Shown here piece after piece: positions 1-12,165 of a stretch of DNA of 64,000 nt. The stretch is from Octopus vulgaris (Eukaryota): positions 4,464,001-4,528,000 of the forward strand of contig OX597827.1 of NCBI GenBank assembly GCA_951406725.2. Direction: 5' to 3'. The position numbers and the translations under genes are program-made. How positions within the stretch are numbered: position 1 is the first letter of the stretch; each line of letters starts with the position of its first letter. The notes under the pieces were generated by a model, which saw only the letters and a list, made by a program, of their open reading frames with translations, ran no database searches and had not been told where the DNA came from.

Positions 1-318
1 AAAAACATTAGGAGATATTTTAGAAATGAAGACATTTAAATGCAGTAATGTAATTAATATGATGTTCTGAAAACTATCAAATAAACATTGAATCCCAACT
101 GATTTGCAAATCAAAAGTAGAACTTCTTGAATAATAATCTAGAATCATGCAAAAAAACAACAAAAAAAAAAACACGAGAAATTAACTAATATGAATAAAA
201 TAATGCATTAAAATAAACTGAAAATTGTTTTAAAAAAAATTAGTGTTATAGAAGAGTTACAAAAGTGTAACTTATACACTCATACAATGGTTTATAAATA
301 TTCATATATTACATATGT

Positions 319-321
<3 letters not shown>

Positions 322-367
<46 letters not shown>
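322..367. repeat. (CA)n microsatellite
   Basis: Pure AC run. Confidence 0.95.
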
Positions 368-370
<3 letters not shown>

Positions 371-529
371 TGGATAAGATATTAGTTAACGTTTGTGTCT
401 ATGATAATTATTTTTACCAAGTAGTGTAGACAGACATAGAAAGGTTTTGCTTTTACAGGTAATCAGCATGGCACAGCTGACAATCTTTTGTTGAGGAAGC
501 TTTAGTTGGCTATCTATCAGGTGTAATTT

Positions 530-571
<42 letters not shown>

Positions 572-662
572 TTATACAAATATACTACTTACACATATAT
601 ACCTAGTAAAATGATTATGTGTTTAAGCTTATTAATATGTTGTTGTTCTTGTTGCTGTTGCA

Positions 663-870
663 AGGTTGCAAGCTGGTAGAATCGTTAGCATGCCAGGTGA
701 GATGTTTAGTGGCAGTTCATCCGTCTTCATGTACTGAGTTCAATTCCACTGAGGTCTACTTTGCTTTTCATTCTTTTAGAGGTCAATAAATTGAGTACTG
801 GGTTTGATGTAATTGACCTACTCGCTTCCCCAAAATTGCTGGCCTTGTGCTAAAATTTAGAATGAATATG
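663..870 (+). mobile_element. tRNA-derived SINE family B, diverged copy
   Basis: Head aaggt..agctggtagaatcgttagca, ctgagttcaa B-box-like motif, central tttgcctttcatcc-like block, tail aattgctggccttgtgc, shared with many copies in the window. Confidence 0.8.
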
Positions 871-1121
871 TTGTTATTGTTGTTTAGACCTTGTTCAACC
901 TTTATAGAGTTGACAGTCTATGATCAAAACACATTCCAACTATGGACATACTGACTTTTCTTTGGGTATAATATACCATAGAAAACATCCATGAATCCTT
1001 TTATAACAGAATGTGGTTTGAGGGTAAGTTAGTGATCATTCCATGGACATGACCAGGATTTCAACTGAAGACGTTTTCCATTATTTTTTATTGATCCACT
1101 TTTCATTATCTAATTCATTAT

Positions 1122-1349
1122 TTAACCTTTTAGCATTTAAAGAGGCCATATCCTGCCAAAATAATGTACCTGTTTTATGTTAAAACTAGCCAGATCCAGA
1201 CTCTCACACCTACCCTATAATGTCATTCTAAAAATAAACAATCACATCATTGAAATCTTGAAGCTACAAGATAGTACATGATTAATTAATAACAAGGTGA
1301 ACAAATAAGTATAACATTTGACCAAGTAATCTGAATGCTAAAGGGTTAA
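1122..1349. mobile_element. piggyBac-type MITE (TTAA-flanked)
   Basis: TTAA|CCTTTTAGCATT ... AATGCTAAAGGG|TTAA; reverse-complement relative at 55626-55838. Confidence 0.8.
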
Positions 1350-1373
1350 TGTTAATTTATATGTCTATAATAT

Positions 1374-1556
1374 ATACCATATATACACATGTATAAGTCA
1401 TACTATTTTTATACTTGATTTTTATCTCAAAAAGCTGTGGTGTTGTTTATACCCAGGGCAAACCTAAAACTATGAAGGGAAAAATTTTGTACCAAGATTT
1501 AACATTAAATTAGGGGTCCAAATTATTCACAAGTGTGACTTATAGTTGAATGAATA
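1374..1556. mobile_element. Decayed Tc1/mariner-superfamily (Tc2/pogo-like) MITE
   Basis: Left end taccatatatacacatgtataagtc; right part carries the inverted gacttata motif. Confidence 0.4.
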
Positions 1557-1569
1557 AATAAATAAATAA

Positions 1570-1590
1570 ATCCATCCATCTGTCCATCCG

Positions 1591-1668
<78 letters not shown>

Positions 1669-1669
1669 A

Positions 1670-1703
<34 letters not shown>
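1570..1703. repeat. (TCCA)n/(TCTA)n microsatellite
   Basis: Direct reading. Confidence 0.95.
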
Positions 1704-2654
1704 TTATACAGAGCCTGGTGGGTTTTATCTGGGCCTGCCAAACTCCACTTGACTACATATGTGTTTTTGTTATAGACAGACTGCAAAACCATGTAGAAAT
1801 TCATTTCATAGGCTGATTAGCTGACTCATTAATATGCTGTAATTGCAGATGTTTTCTCAGAAATTTGAAAGCTATCTCATTGGTTTATGTCCCAGAAAAA
1901 AAGTGATCTGAATGTTACAAGTGATTCTTGGAAGAATGAATGTACTGTCTCTTTCAAAACAAAGAATAATGTTCTTGTCAAAAGAAGCCCTTAAGACTTC
2001 ACTTTATAATGAAATAAAGCAAAAGTGGCAAAGGTGGTAGAAAAAGTAGGAAACCAATGAGATCACTTACACTAAAGCAACTAACAAATAACTATAATCA
2101 CAATAAAAGAGAAGGAAGTTTACAGTGAAGTAAATAAATTCTTTCATATCAGACAACTGATCAAACAATAACGTAAGACAAAAACAAAGCATATAAAATA
2201 TAAAAGCCTACTAGATAATGGCAAAGACATAAAATTAAAGTTGTAATTACTTGGTGTCTATAACTTGCCACAGGTTAACATTGTAAACAAGCAATTACAG
2301 TTATGTAATGTAATTTTTCAATTCTCATATGTCCAAGAAAGTTGCAAACTTTATTAGAATGTATATTAAATGGCTGAACTCTATGTCTTTAACTTATAGA
2401 TTAACCCCACAATTTAATGTCAGTGCAGTTGCATTGAATATCATCTCAATATCAGTTTAGTTAGACAATAATACATTAAAAGGTAATATAACAGTAATAT
2501 ATATTATATATTTTAAAATTATAAAACAAGTCATTAAATTGATTTTGATCTTAAAATCATTAATTTAAAATAGAAGAAAGCTGAATTTCTTCAGTTGACA
2601 TTTAAACAGACTAATGATTAAATCTATGAAATTTACACCCACTGAATACCTGTT

Positions 2655-2850
<196 letters not shown>

Positions 2851-2851
2851 T

Positions 2852-3002
2852 ATTATTTCACATTGCTCCGGTCCACTCAGTTGATAGAAATGACAAATCC
2901 TGCAATGGGCTGATGTCCCATCCAGAGGCGAATATGTATAGCAAAGAAACCGATAAACCAGCCCCATGACTATATATGACTCAGGAAGGATCATCATCCT
3001 TT
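2852..3002 (+). mobile_element. SINE fragment with CORE-like block
   Basis: tttcacattgctccggtccactcag matches the central block of the SINE at 29896. Confidence 0.55.
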
Positions 3003-3032
3003 TATATTTTTATACACACGCACATAGACATA

Positions 3033-3390
3033 ATGTATGTATGTATGTATGTATGTATGTATGTATGTATGTATGTATGTATGTATGTATTTATGTATGT
3101 ATGTATGTATGTATGTATGTATGTATTTATGTATGTATGTATGTATGTATGTATGTATGTATGTATGTATGTATGTATGTATGTATGTATGTATGTATGT
3201 ATGTATGTATGTATGTATGTATGTATGTATGTATGTATGTATGTATGTATGTATGTATTTATGTATGTGTGTGTGTATGTATGTATGTATGTATGTATGT
3301 GTGTGTGTGTATGTATGTATGTATGTATGTATGTATGCATGTATGTATGTATGTGTGTGTGTATGTGTATGGATGCAAGTATGTATGTAT
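3033..3390. repeat. (ATGT)n microsatellite
   Basis: Direct reading. Confidence 0.95.
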
Positions 3391-3871
3391 AGAGAAGCAG
3401 ATACACACACACTCATACTCATACACGCATGCTTGCATAAGTATACTTACATACACACGCAACACATAACATTGATTTCTTAGAAAGCCGGAAGTCTTCA
3501 AATTTAAGGGAGGAGGAGGAACAATCACTAACAAAAAACCCAGATTTTGACTGAGTCCTTTATGAATCCTGTAAAGAAATAACAAGCTGAAACGCATGCA
3601 AATACAAAAAGAAAACCTGATTCACTCGTCAGGTTTTTTACTTTGTACTAATTAGTTTACATATATTTCCATTCAGTAAATGACTTATAGGTAACATGTT
3701 TATAATACCTTTATGTTCATAAACAATATGTATATTTGTTAGTGTATGTGCAAGTGAATACATGTTTGGCTGGAAACATAACACGGAAGTCTATTGTCTT
3801 TGTTATTGTCAAGGTTTTGATATCCTCAAAGAGTTCACAGGATAAATTGTGTGCACAAGTGCACACACATC

Positions 3872-3955
<84 letters not shown>

Positions 3956-4098
3956 TATGTGTGTGTATATATGTGTGTATATATGTATATATATATATAT
4001 ATATATTTATGTGTGTGTGTATATATATATATATGTGTGTGCATGTATATATATATATATATGTGTGTATATTTTATTTATATTATATATACATATAT
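3872..4098. repeat. (TA)n/(TG)n compound microsatellite
   Basis: Direct reading. Confidence 0.9.
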
Positions 4099-4119
4099 GT
4101 CTGGCAACAGTACTCTGTA

Positions 4120-5066
4120 TCATGTTACACAAGCAGAAGAACCCAGTGATGGCTGTCAGATAATTTCTGTGGCCACATCACCTTAAACATCTGAACACCT
4201 TTATTTCTGGATTGGTCTGCTTTTTGGCATCCTTCTGGCCTCGAGTCTAAAGTCATTAATAACTAGTCTATGCTGTGGGATACATTCTTCACCAGGGAGG
4301 GTCTTTGTATTTAAGAGCAACCTTGCATCCAGCTGTCTGGTGAGGATGAAATCAATCTGGCTAGCAGAGTCACCTGATTGATAGGTTATCAGGTGGCTGT
4401 CTGCCTTCCTGAAGTTAGTGTTGCAGATTAATAGTTTGCATACATCACAGAACTCCAGTAGTCTACTTCCCTCTTCATTTCAGGAAACAATTCCATAGCC
4501 CTCGTGAACACTATGAAAGATACTGAACTGCCATCCAACTGCCCATTAAAACCGCCAGCCACAAAGATGAGGTCATTGCCACTCATCTTTGAGGTAGCCT
4601 GTAGAAGGGTATCATAAAAGTGGTCCTTCTGATCGTTTTGTAGGCCCGTTTGTGGGGTGCAGGCAGAGATAATTGTAGCTATACTATTCTGTAGGACTAG
4701 CCTGAGTTTAAGCACTCTATCACATACCTTGACTACCTCTATGACCTTATCCACCCATTTCTCTGCAAGGAGTATGCTTACACCCACTACTCCATCACTG
4801 TTACCTTCCCAGAAGATTTTATACCTATGTGCCTTGCCTGTGAGGACCCTGGCTGAAAATCCTCTCTATTTACCTCTTGTATGCAGCATACATCAACACG
4901 TCTCCCTTGAAGCTTCTACAATCTCACTAGACCTACGTTTCAGTGTGTCTACATTAACAGTGCCAACTCTAAAAACCGGGAAAGGAATGTGGGAGGAGGC
5001 ATGGGGAAGGAAGATGTTATTCAGCACCTGAAAAGAAGAAGGTTTCTGTATTCGTTTGATAGACAT
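4120..5066 (-). pseudogene. RTE-clade LINE 5' fragment: apurinic-like endonuclease domain, frameshifted
   Basis: In-frame ATG at 5066 leading to FRVGTVNVDTLKRRSSEIVE; ORF 4428-4787 GVSILLAEKWVDKVIEV..DRVLKLRL..IISACTP..FYDTL..LIFVAGGFNG carries APE motifs typical of RTE elements. Confidence 0.85.
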
Positions 5067-5884
5067 GCTACACCTGTTCTCACTTTCGACCTGTCATCAT
5101 TGAAATATTCAAGCATGTTAAGATTGTTGCCCCTACTGGGGGTAGGGGTAGTGTTAGTGGCGTTGTAAGTATAAGTATTATGGAGATTGTAAAAATGTAA
5201 ATTTAAGCATTTCTGGTGTTGCAGATATAAGTAAGTAAATCAATAAAGATATTATAAAGGAGAATATGAATATCAATATGCCAATGTTAGATTAAGTAGG
5301 TAGGCAGCTAGACTAGTTGTGTTTGTCCCGGGCAAGAGAGAGAGGGAGAGGAGATTGCAGGTATGATAGAGGATACCACCAGTGAGGGAGAGGGTTTCTG
5401 GTGAGAGAAGAGAGGAACAAGCATGCCCACACACACACACAAGAACAGGCATGAATACAAGAACTGTTAGAATACCAGAAAAAAATACCATGCAGCATTT
5501 GTTTCAGTTCTTTGCATTCTGAGTTCAAATCCTTCAAAGGTTAGCTTTGCTTTCCATCCCTCAGCAGTTAATAAAATCAAAATACCGGGCAAGCACTGAG
5601 GTTGATGCTACTGACTAATCTCACTACTTCTAAAAATTGCTGGCCTTGTATCTAAATTAGAAACCACTAATGTTATGATTATTTTTATTTCTTCTGGTTC
5701 TGCATTCTGACTTCAAATTCTGCAAAAGTTGATGCCACCTTTCATCCACAGGGATTTGAGAAAGTATGTTCCATCATAAGAGAATAAGTGTTGTATTAGT
5801 CTTTTGCTTAAAAGGAAGAGAAAGTGTCTTGACTCCCTCTCTCTCTTTCTCCCCTCTGTCTCTCTCTCTCCCCCTCTCCCCCTC

Positions 5885-6160
<276 letters not shown>

Positions 6161-6614
6161 CACACAAAGATATACAAACATATATATGTTTGATAAATAT
6201 ATATGATATATCTATAAAGTATATATTATTATATATAATGAATGTGTGTGTGTGTGTGTGTTGTTTATATTATTTATTCAAAAGTAATCTAGCATATGCA
6301 TTGAATGCTATTTTCCATTGTATCGACACAAAACGAATGTACACCCATATGTTAACGCCTCAGTGCATCAACCACTATACTACTACAAATACCTTATCAA
6401 ATTTAATTACCAATATAGCAATATTCAGCAAACAGCATTATTGATAACTGCGAATATATATGTGCATATATGCATGCATATGTTTGTGCATATTATTTTG
6501 CATTACATCTGGTGTAATTGAATGGTGTTTGCCTTTTAACTTGCTCAGTCAGTCAGTTGACATCAATTAATGGTTTCATACAATCAATCGTGGTTCTTTG
6601 CATTCAGACTTTAT

Positions 6615-6882
6615 TTAATGCTTTTGATACCAAAGCTGCCTGAGACCATTTATCATTTTCTACAATACAAAACCCCATTTTAGAGTGTTCATATTTAAAT
6701 TAAAAATTTCTGCCATTATTTTATCTAATAACCACCTGTTAAGACATGTTCAAAATATCAGTTTAATAATGGGAAGGTCAGTTATTTTACTAGATGCCAC
6801 CTACTTTAAAAAATTCTTTTCAAAATTAATTATAAAATATGAGCAATGTATTTCACTTGAAATATGGCCTAGAAAGGGTTAA
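6615..6882. mobile_element. piggyBac-type MITE, diverged
   Basis: TTAA..aaagggTTAA ends; internal gttattttacta and aaaattaatt blocks are reverse complements of those in 26083-26310. Confidence 0.55.
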
Positions 6883-7504
6883 ATCTGCATTATGTAATTC
6901 AGTCTCTAATTAAAACTGAAATCGTAAATATTAATATAATTTTTGAAACTCTATAATATTGTAAGCAGGTTCTTTCAATGATCTGAATGAATTGGGTATA
7001 GGTCACGTTTGGTGTGGCAGATTATAAGAGAGCCATGATTGCATAAACCATGGTGTACATGAGTTCAGTTCCTACTTCTGTTACTACTATATGGAATTTA
7101 TAGCAATGAACTGAATGCATGAATACATGCACACACACTCACACATATATTTATATATATTCTACAGCAGTGCTCCAGCATGACTACAACCACATAGTTA
7201 AAATGAATAAAAGAATTATATATACATATATATATATATATATATAGTAAATGGAAGATGAGAGATGGAAGATGGAAGATACACGAATTCTTATTAATCA
7301 TGATAATTTTTTGACACATCTAGCATTGACCCCTCGTAGGTGGGACACTTAGTTCATGAGCATCCAACAGTGCAGATGTGTCTCTTCAGGTGATAAATAG
7401 ATATAACTCATTAAAATAACAGCTCCACTATGCATCTCCTCATTTTGTGTAAAGAAAAGCAGAAAAACAAAGGACATATCTTCATTTGTATAGAAGATTA
7501 AAAA

Positions 7505-7565
7505 TACCCAGCATGGCCACAGCTTGTGAGCTGAAACTAAATAAATAAATAAATAAATAAATAAA
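7505..7565 (+). mobile_element. CR1-group LINE 3' tail with (TAAA)n
   Basis: ccagcatggccacagcttgtgagctgaaactaaat is identical to the tail of the LINE at 41203-41415. Confidence 0.7.
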
Positions 7566-7879
7566 GAGGCAAGAAAGAAACAAACACAGAATACAGCGAG
7601 AAAAGGTTTAAAAATAACTGTTAATGGATAAGGATGTATAAACACCTCGTACAAGCTGGATGGTACATGCACACTTGCTTATACAAGCATCGACGAAGAT
7701 GTAAGCAAATGCACACATGTGGTTTGGTGCACACATGTTCACATAGCGAGTTAAATTGTTACTTGGTGTTTATAAAAATGGAGAGGTTAAAGCTAAACTT
7801 AATTCATCCATGCCTTAAAGTAAATTAAGTTAACGTTTACTCAAATTCATTCCCACTGCATTGTGTGAAAGTATATTTA

Positions 7880-8955
7880 TATGCATCGTGAGAGTCTTTC
7901 AGAAATTCTATTAATGATCTCCTCATTGGTCCACAGGATAGACAGAGATTCCTTGGAGCAGAGCAAAAATCACCTGGAAATGATATTGTATGATTTTTTT
8001 ATGCCTTACAATGGACCAAGTTATGGTATACTTAATTTTATCTTCCTTTAGTCACAAAATCGGCCAAAGATGTTGAATATCTCTTATTGATTCTCTTGAA
8101 ACTGGGAACATAGTTGCAATAACGATTCTTAAATGAATCAGTCATTTGCCCAAAGTAAACATATAAATGTACTGTGTGCACAGTACATTTATATACAAAA
8201 TTTATACTCATACAGAGGTTCATCAATGAGCATTTTGATTTCTCTCTGCATGAGCATTTATTATATTTATTTGTAGTTCTGACTTCATTTTCCAACATTG
8301 TTACCATGTTAGCTATATCATAACCATTTCTACTATCACATTTTGGTTGTATTTGTTGCTTTCCATTGTGGTTGAAAATAACATGGCATCTATTAGATTC
8401 AGGAAAACATTTGTCAAGAGCAGCAAAAAGTTTTCCAGTTCTTGGTTGGAACATGTGAATCGAAAATTGAGTTGAACCAGAGGATATCATGATTTCTATA
8501 TCTGTTGTTTTGGCTTATTTTATTTAGTATGTTGTACAGGATTGGAACAATTTACTGTATTATGAGCAGTTGGATTATTGAGTTGTGTGTGTCTACAAGT
8601 TTTCATTGATAGTTTAGTGCCTTGACCAATTTTTCCTGGCCTGTACTCTCAATCTGAGTAAGTTCTCATACTATAATGTTGTGATGGTATACAATATGTA
8701 TTATAACTGAAGGAATTATGCCTGCTTCTTGTATGTATTAAATTTTCTCATGGTACCCAGCCATAGCTAAAGTGGCATTATAATAAGCTGCATGTGATTT
8801 GAACATTTTTTTTATTAGCAGATAATCTAGAAATTCTTGAAGAAATATTCTTGACTAATTCTTGTATTATCGAGGATAGACGGTTGGATACTACATTTAT
8901 GTACTTAATATAATCATTTAGCTTATGAAATGGTTCAAATAATCCAGTACTGGCA
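7880..8955 (-). pseudogene. Penelope-like retroelement remnant (RT thumb region plus GIY-YIG endonuclease)
   Basis: STGLFEPFHKLNDYIKYINVVSN..SIIQELVKNISSRISRLS resembles the PLE RT C-terminus; LDKCFPESNRCHVIFN..CSCREKSKCSLMNLC..VYKCTV..VYFGQMTDSFKNRY..SFK..STSLADFV resembles the PLE Cys-linker and GIY-YIG domain. Confidence 0.85.
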
Positions 8956-9279
8956 TCCATGCCAGTGGCACGTAAAAAGCACCATCCGATCGTGGCCGTT
9001 TGCCAGCCTCGTCTGGTCCCCGTGCCGGTGGCATGTAAAAAGCACCATCCGATTGTGGCCGTTTGCCAGCCTCGTCTGGCACCTGTGCCGGTGGCACGTA
9101 AAAAGCACCTACCACACTTACGGAGTGGTTGGCGTTAGGAAGGGCATCCAGCTGTAGAAACACTGCCAGACCAGACTGGGCCTGGTGCAGCCTCCTGGCT
9201 CCCCAGACCCCAGTTGAACCGTCCAATCCATGCCAGCATGGAAAGCGGACGTTAAACGATGATGATGATGATGATGATG
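8955..9279 (+). mobile_element. Family D SINE-like element with 63-bp tandem head and (GAT)n tail
   Basis: Three heads tgccggtggcacgtaaaaagcacc at 8960, 9023 and 9086; body ggagtggttggcgttaggaagggcatccagctgtagaaac; tail catggaaagcggacgttaaacgatgatg. Confidence 0.85.
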
Positions 9280-9634
9280 AATTCTAAACTATGTACCCCA
9301 GATGCAGTGGAAACAGGTAGATTGATAGAGAAGAACTTGTGTGGTTCAGACACATAGAAATAGTTAGCAGTAAGAATGCTCATGGAATAATTTTTCTTTA
9401 AATAACCAGAAAGCTCCCTAGTAGTAGATGACAGCTTCTGTTATCTAGACAACCTAATAAATAATGGAGATGTATGCAAAAGACCAGTATTCACAGTGGA
9501 TAAAATTTGAGGAGCTTTTACTTCTGCAGGAAACAGTTTCCCTGTGATTCATTGATAAATTATTGAAATTTGATAGTATATTCAAAGTTTGCTAACATAT
9601 TGGTAAATTTACTGCTGGAGAGGGTGATAGGAGT

Positions 9635-10700
9635 ATCAGATTAAATGTATAGAGATACAAACAGTATCATGACTGTCTCAATGTAGAAATATACATAGTA
9701 CAGTAATAGACATTATGTAGAGACAGATATAGTAGAGTAACAGATTAACTGTAACAATAGATGTAGTATAGTAACAGGCTTTTTACAGAAATAGGTATAT
9801 ATAGTACAGCAGTAGACTTTATGTAAAAACAGATATAGAACAATGCTGGACTTTATGTAGCAATAGATGTAGTACAGAGATAGACTAAATGTAGAAGCAG
9901 ATATAGTATAGTGATAGACTTTATATAGAAATATACATAGGCACAGGAGTGGCTGTGTGGTAAGTAGCTTGCTAACCAACCACATGGTTCCGGGTTCAAT
10001 CCCACTGCGTGGCATCTTGGGTAAGTTTCTTCTGCTATAGCTCCCAGGCTGACCAATGCCTTGTGAGTGGATTTGGTAGACGGAAACTGAAAGAAGCCTG
10101 TCGTATATATGTATATATATATGTGTGTGTATATGTTTGTGTGTCTGCGTTTGTCCCCCTAGCATTGCTTGACAACCGATGCTGGTGTGTTTACATTCCC
10201 CATCACGTAGCGGTTCGGCAAAAGAGACCGATAGAATAAGTACTGGGCTTACAAAGAATAAGTCCCGGGGTTGATTTGCTCGACTAAAGGCGGTGCTCCA
10301 GCATGGCCGCAGTCGAATGACTGAAACAAGTAAAAGAGAAAGAGTAAAGAGTATATAGTACATTACAGACTTTAAATGGAAATAGATATAGTAGAGTAAC
10401 AGATGGTGAGCATTATCTCCTGATGACACCTGAAACCTATCAGCATTCTGTGTGCAGAGTCTTCAATTAAAATCATTTGCATAAGCAAGCTCTTTCTGAG
10501 TCTCTGTAGAAATATGTATCGTACAGAGATAAAGTAAATGTAGAGCTAGATAAAATAACAGACTTCATATAAAAATACAGAACCAGCACAGTGATAGATT
10601 AAATATAGAAATATTGAAAAAGTACAGACAACCTAATGTGGTCATACAGAAATTGTATATTGACAGGATAAATGTAAAATTACAGAAATAAGTCTGTGAC
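9635..10700. repeat. Degenerate ~34-bp minisatellite interrupted by a SINE
   Basis: Recurring unit approx. gatatagtacagtgatagactttatgtagaaata on both sides of the SINE at 9940-10351. Confidence 0.75.
9940..10351 (+). mobile_element. tRNA-derived SINE family A, full length (~410 bp)
   Basis: A-box-like tggctgtgtgg, B-box ggttcaatccc, CORE-like ttgggtaagt, internal TA/TG tract, tail ggcggtgctccagcatggccgcagtc..gactgaaacaagtaaaag. Confidence 0.92.
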
Positions 10701-11581
10701 TAAATGTAATCTCATCAGGTTTAACTTTGCTTTATATCGTTTCAGGTTCAATAAAACAGATACCAGCATTATACTGAGATTGATTTGATAAACCACTCAT
10801 TCTTCTCAACAAAAATTTAACTCAGTGTTAAATGTCAAAAGAAATCAATATAATTATTAATGGAGAAGGGAGATAACAATTGGCATTTGTTCTTTACTAT
10901 GCTGTTGTGTATAAAAATAAAATATAGATATCTTGTAAACAATAGGATCATATATGAGTGTGGGTGCGTGTGTGTACACATGTAGGATATTACATATTTT
11001 ATCAGGTTCTCCAACTCCCGATGAAGTAAAAAAAACATTGATCCATAGATGTCTAAATCAATACATAAATCTGCTCTAAAAAGTAAGCAAAATGATTATT
11101 CTATAATCATTACCCCAAAGCTGAACGTTATTTATACAAAATAAGAATTGAATACTAGATGAAATCCTGGGTCTTATACCTATAATCAATGTATGGAATG
11201 ATAGCCGGAGATTCTAAAGCAACTGCCTATAAATGGTTTCTTTTCTATCAATTTTTTTATAAGAAAGATGTTCAAATCTACCAGACAACTGAATAAGTTT
11301 CTTTAATTTTTTTTTCCAACATCATCACTGTCATTGTCATCATCATCCATATCATCATCATTTTAGCATCCTCTTCCTATGGCTAGAAGCCTTTCTTAAC
11401 ATTAACCCTAATCTGTCTCCAAGCAAAGTTCTACTTCTTAATAGCTGAAAATGTTTACATGGAAGATTGGAAATGAAGATCACTGTTTATATGACCATAA
11501 CACCCATTTATAAATATAGCATGATGAGGAGGCACAAATACACACACACACACACACACACTCATATAGTTTATATATATA

Positions 11582-11615
<34 letters not shown>

Positions 11616-11825
11616 ATGCATGCATGTGTGTGATGGTGGGATAATAGTCATTGTTTCAGTTGGTCAAGCATGAGAATTCAGCAAGAAAGTCTAATGACAG
11701 CTGTTTCTGATAGGACCCCACTATGGGGATGTGTGACACTCTACCAACATGACTCTTCCATGAATAGCAGACAGAGTAGGGATGCAGAGATGGACGGATA
11801 TGTGTGTATGTGTGTGTGCATTTAT

Positions 11826-12068
11826 AAATACATACATACATTCATGCATACATGCATGCATACATACATACATACATACACACATACATACATACATACA
11901 TACATACATACATACATACATACATACATACATACATACATACATACATACATACATACATACATACACACATACATATCCATCTATCTCCATACATCTA
12001 CTCTGTCTAATATTCATGGAAGAGACAAGTGGATGGATGGATGGATGGATGAATGGATGGATAAATAT

Positions 12069-12165
<97 letters not shown>
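11826..12165. repeat. (CATA)n, (TGGA)n and (GATA)n microsatellites
   Basis: Direct reading. Confidence 0.9.

Noticed and set aside
3612-3640. Hairpin aaaacctga/tcaggtttt followed by Ts, resembling a rho-independent terminator
   Set aside because: Eukaryotic DNA with no associated gene; contains CTGACGA on the minus strand but no GAAA half-core.
5020-5045. Splice acceptor at the start of the RTE ORF
   Set aside because: An in-frame ATG lies upstream at 5066, so splicing is not needed to explain the ORF.
5120-5163. Twister-like start (minus cgccacTAACACTACC plus hairpin) upstream of the RTE ORF
   Set aside because: The rest of the twister consensus (GGTCCCAAGCCC..GGAGGG) is absent; at best a remnant.
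9713-10429. Longest ORF in the window (238 aa) and similar recurring peptides such as VEDTCPRCHAVGLNPEPCGW
   Set aside because: Antisense translation of SINE family A; the peptide recurs only because the SINE does.
10413-10460. CTGATGA cacct GAAAC minimal hammerhead-like core
   Set aside because: No stem II pair, no adjacent stem III or NUH, and no stem I.
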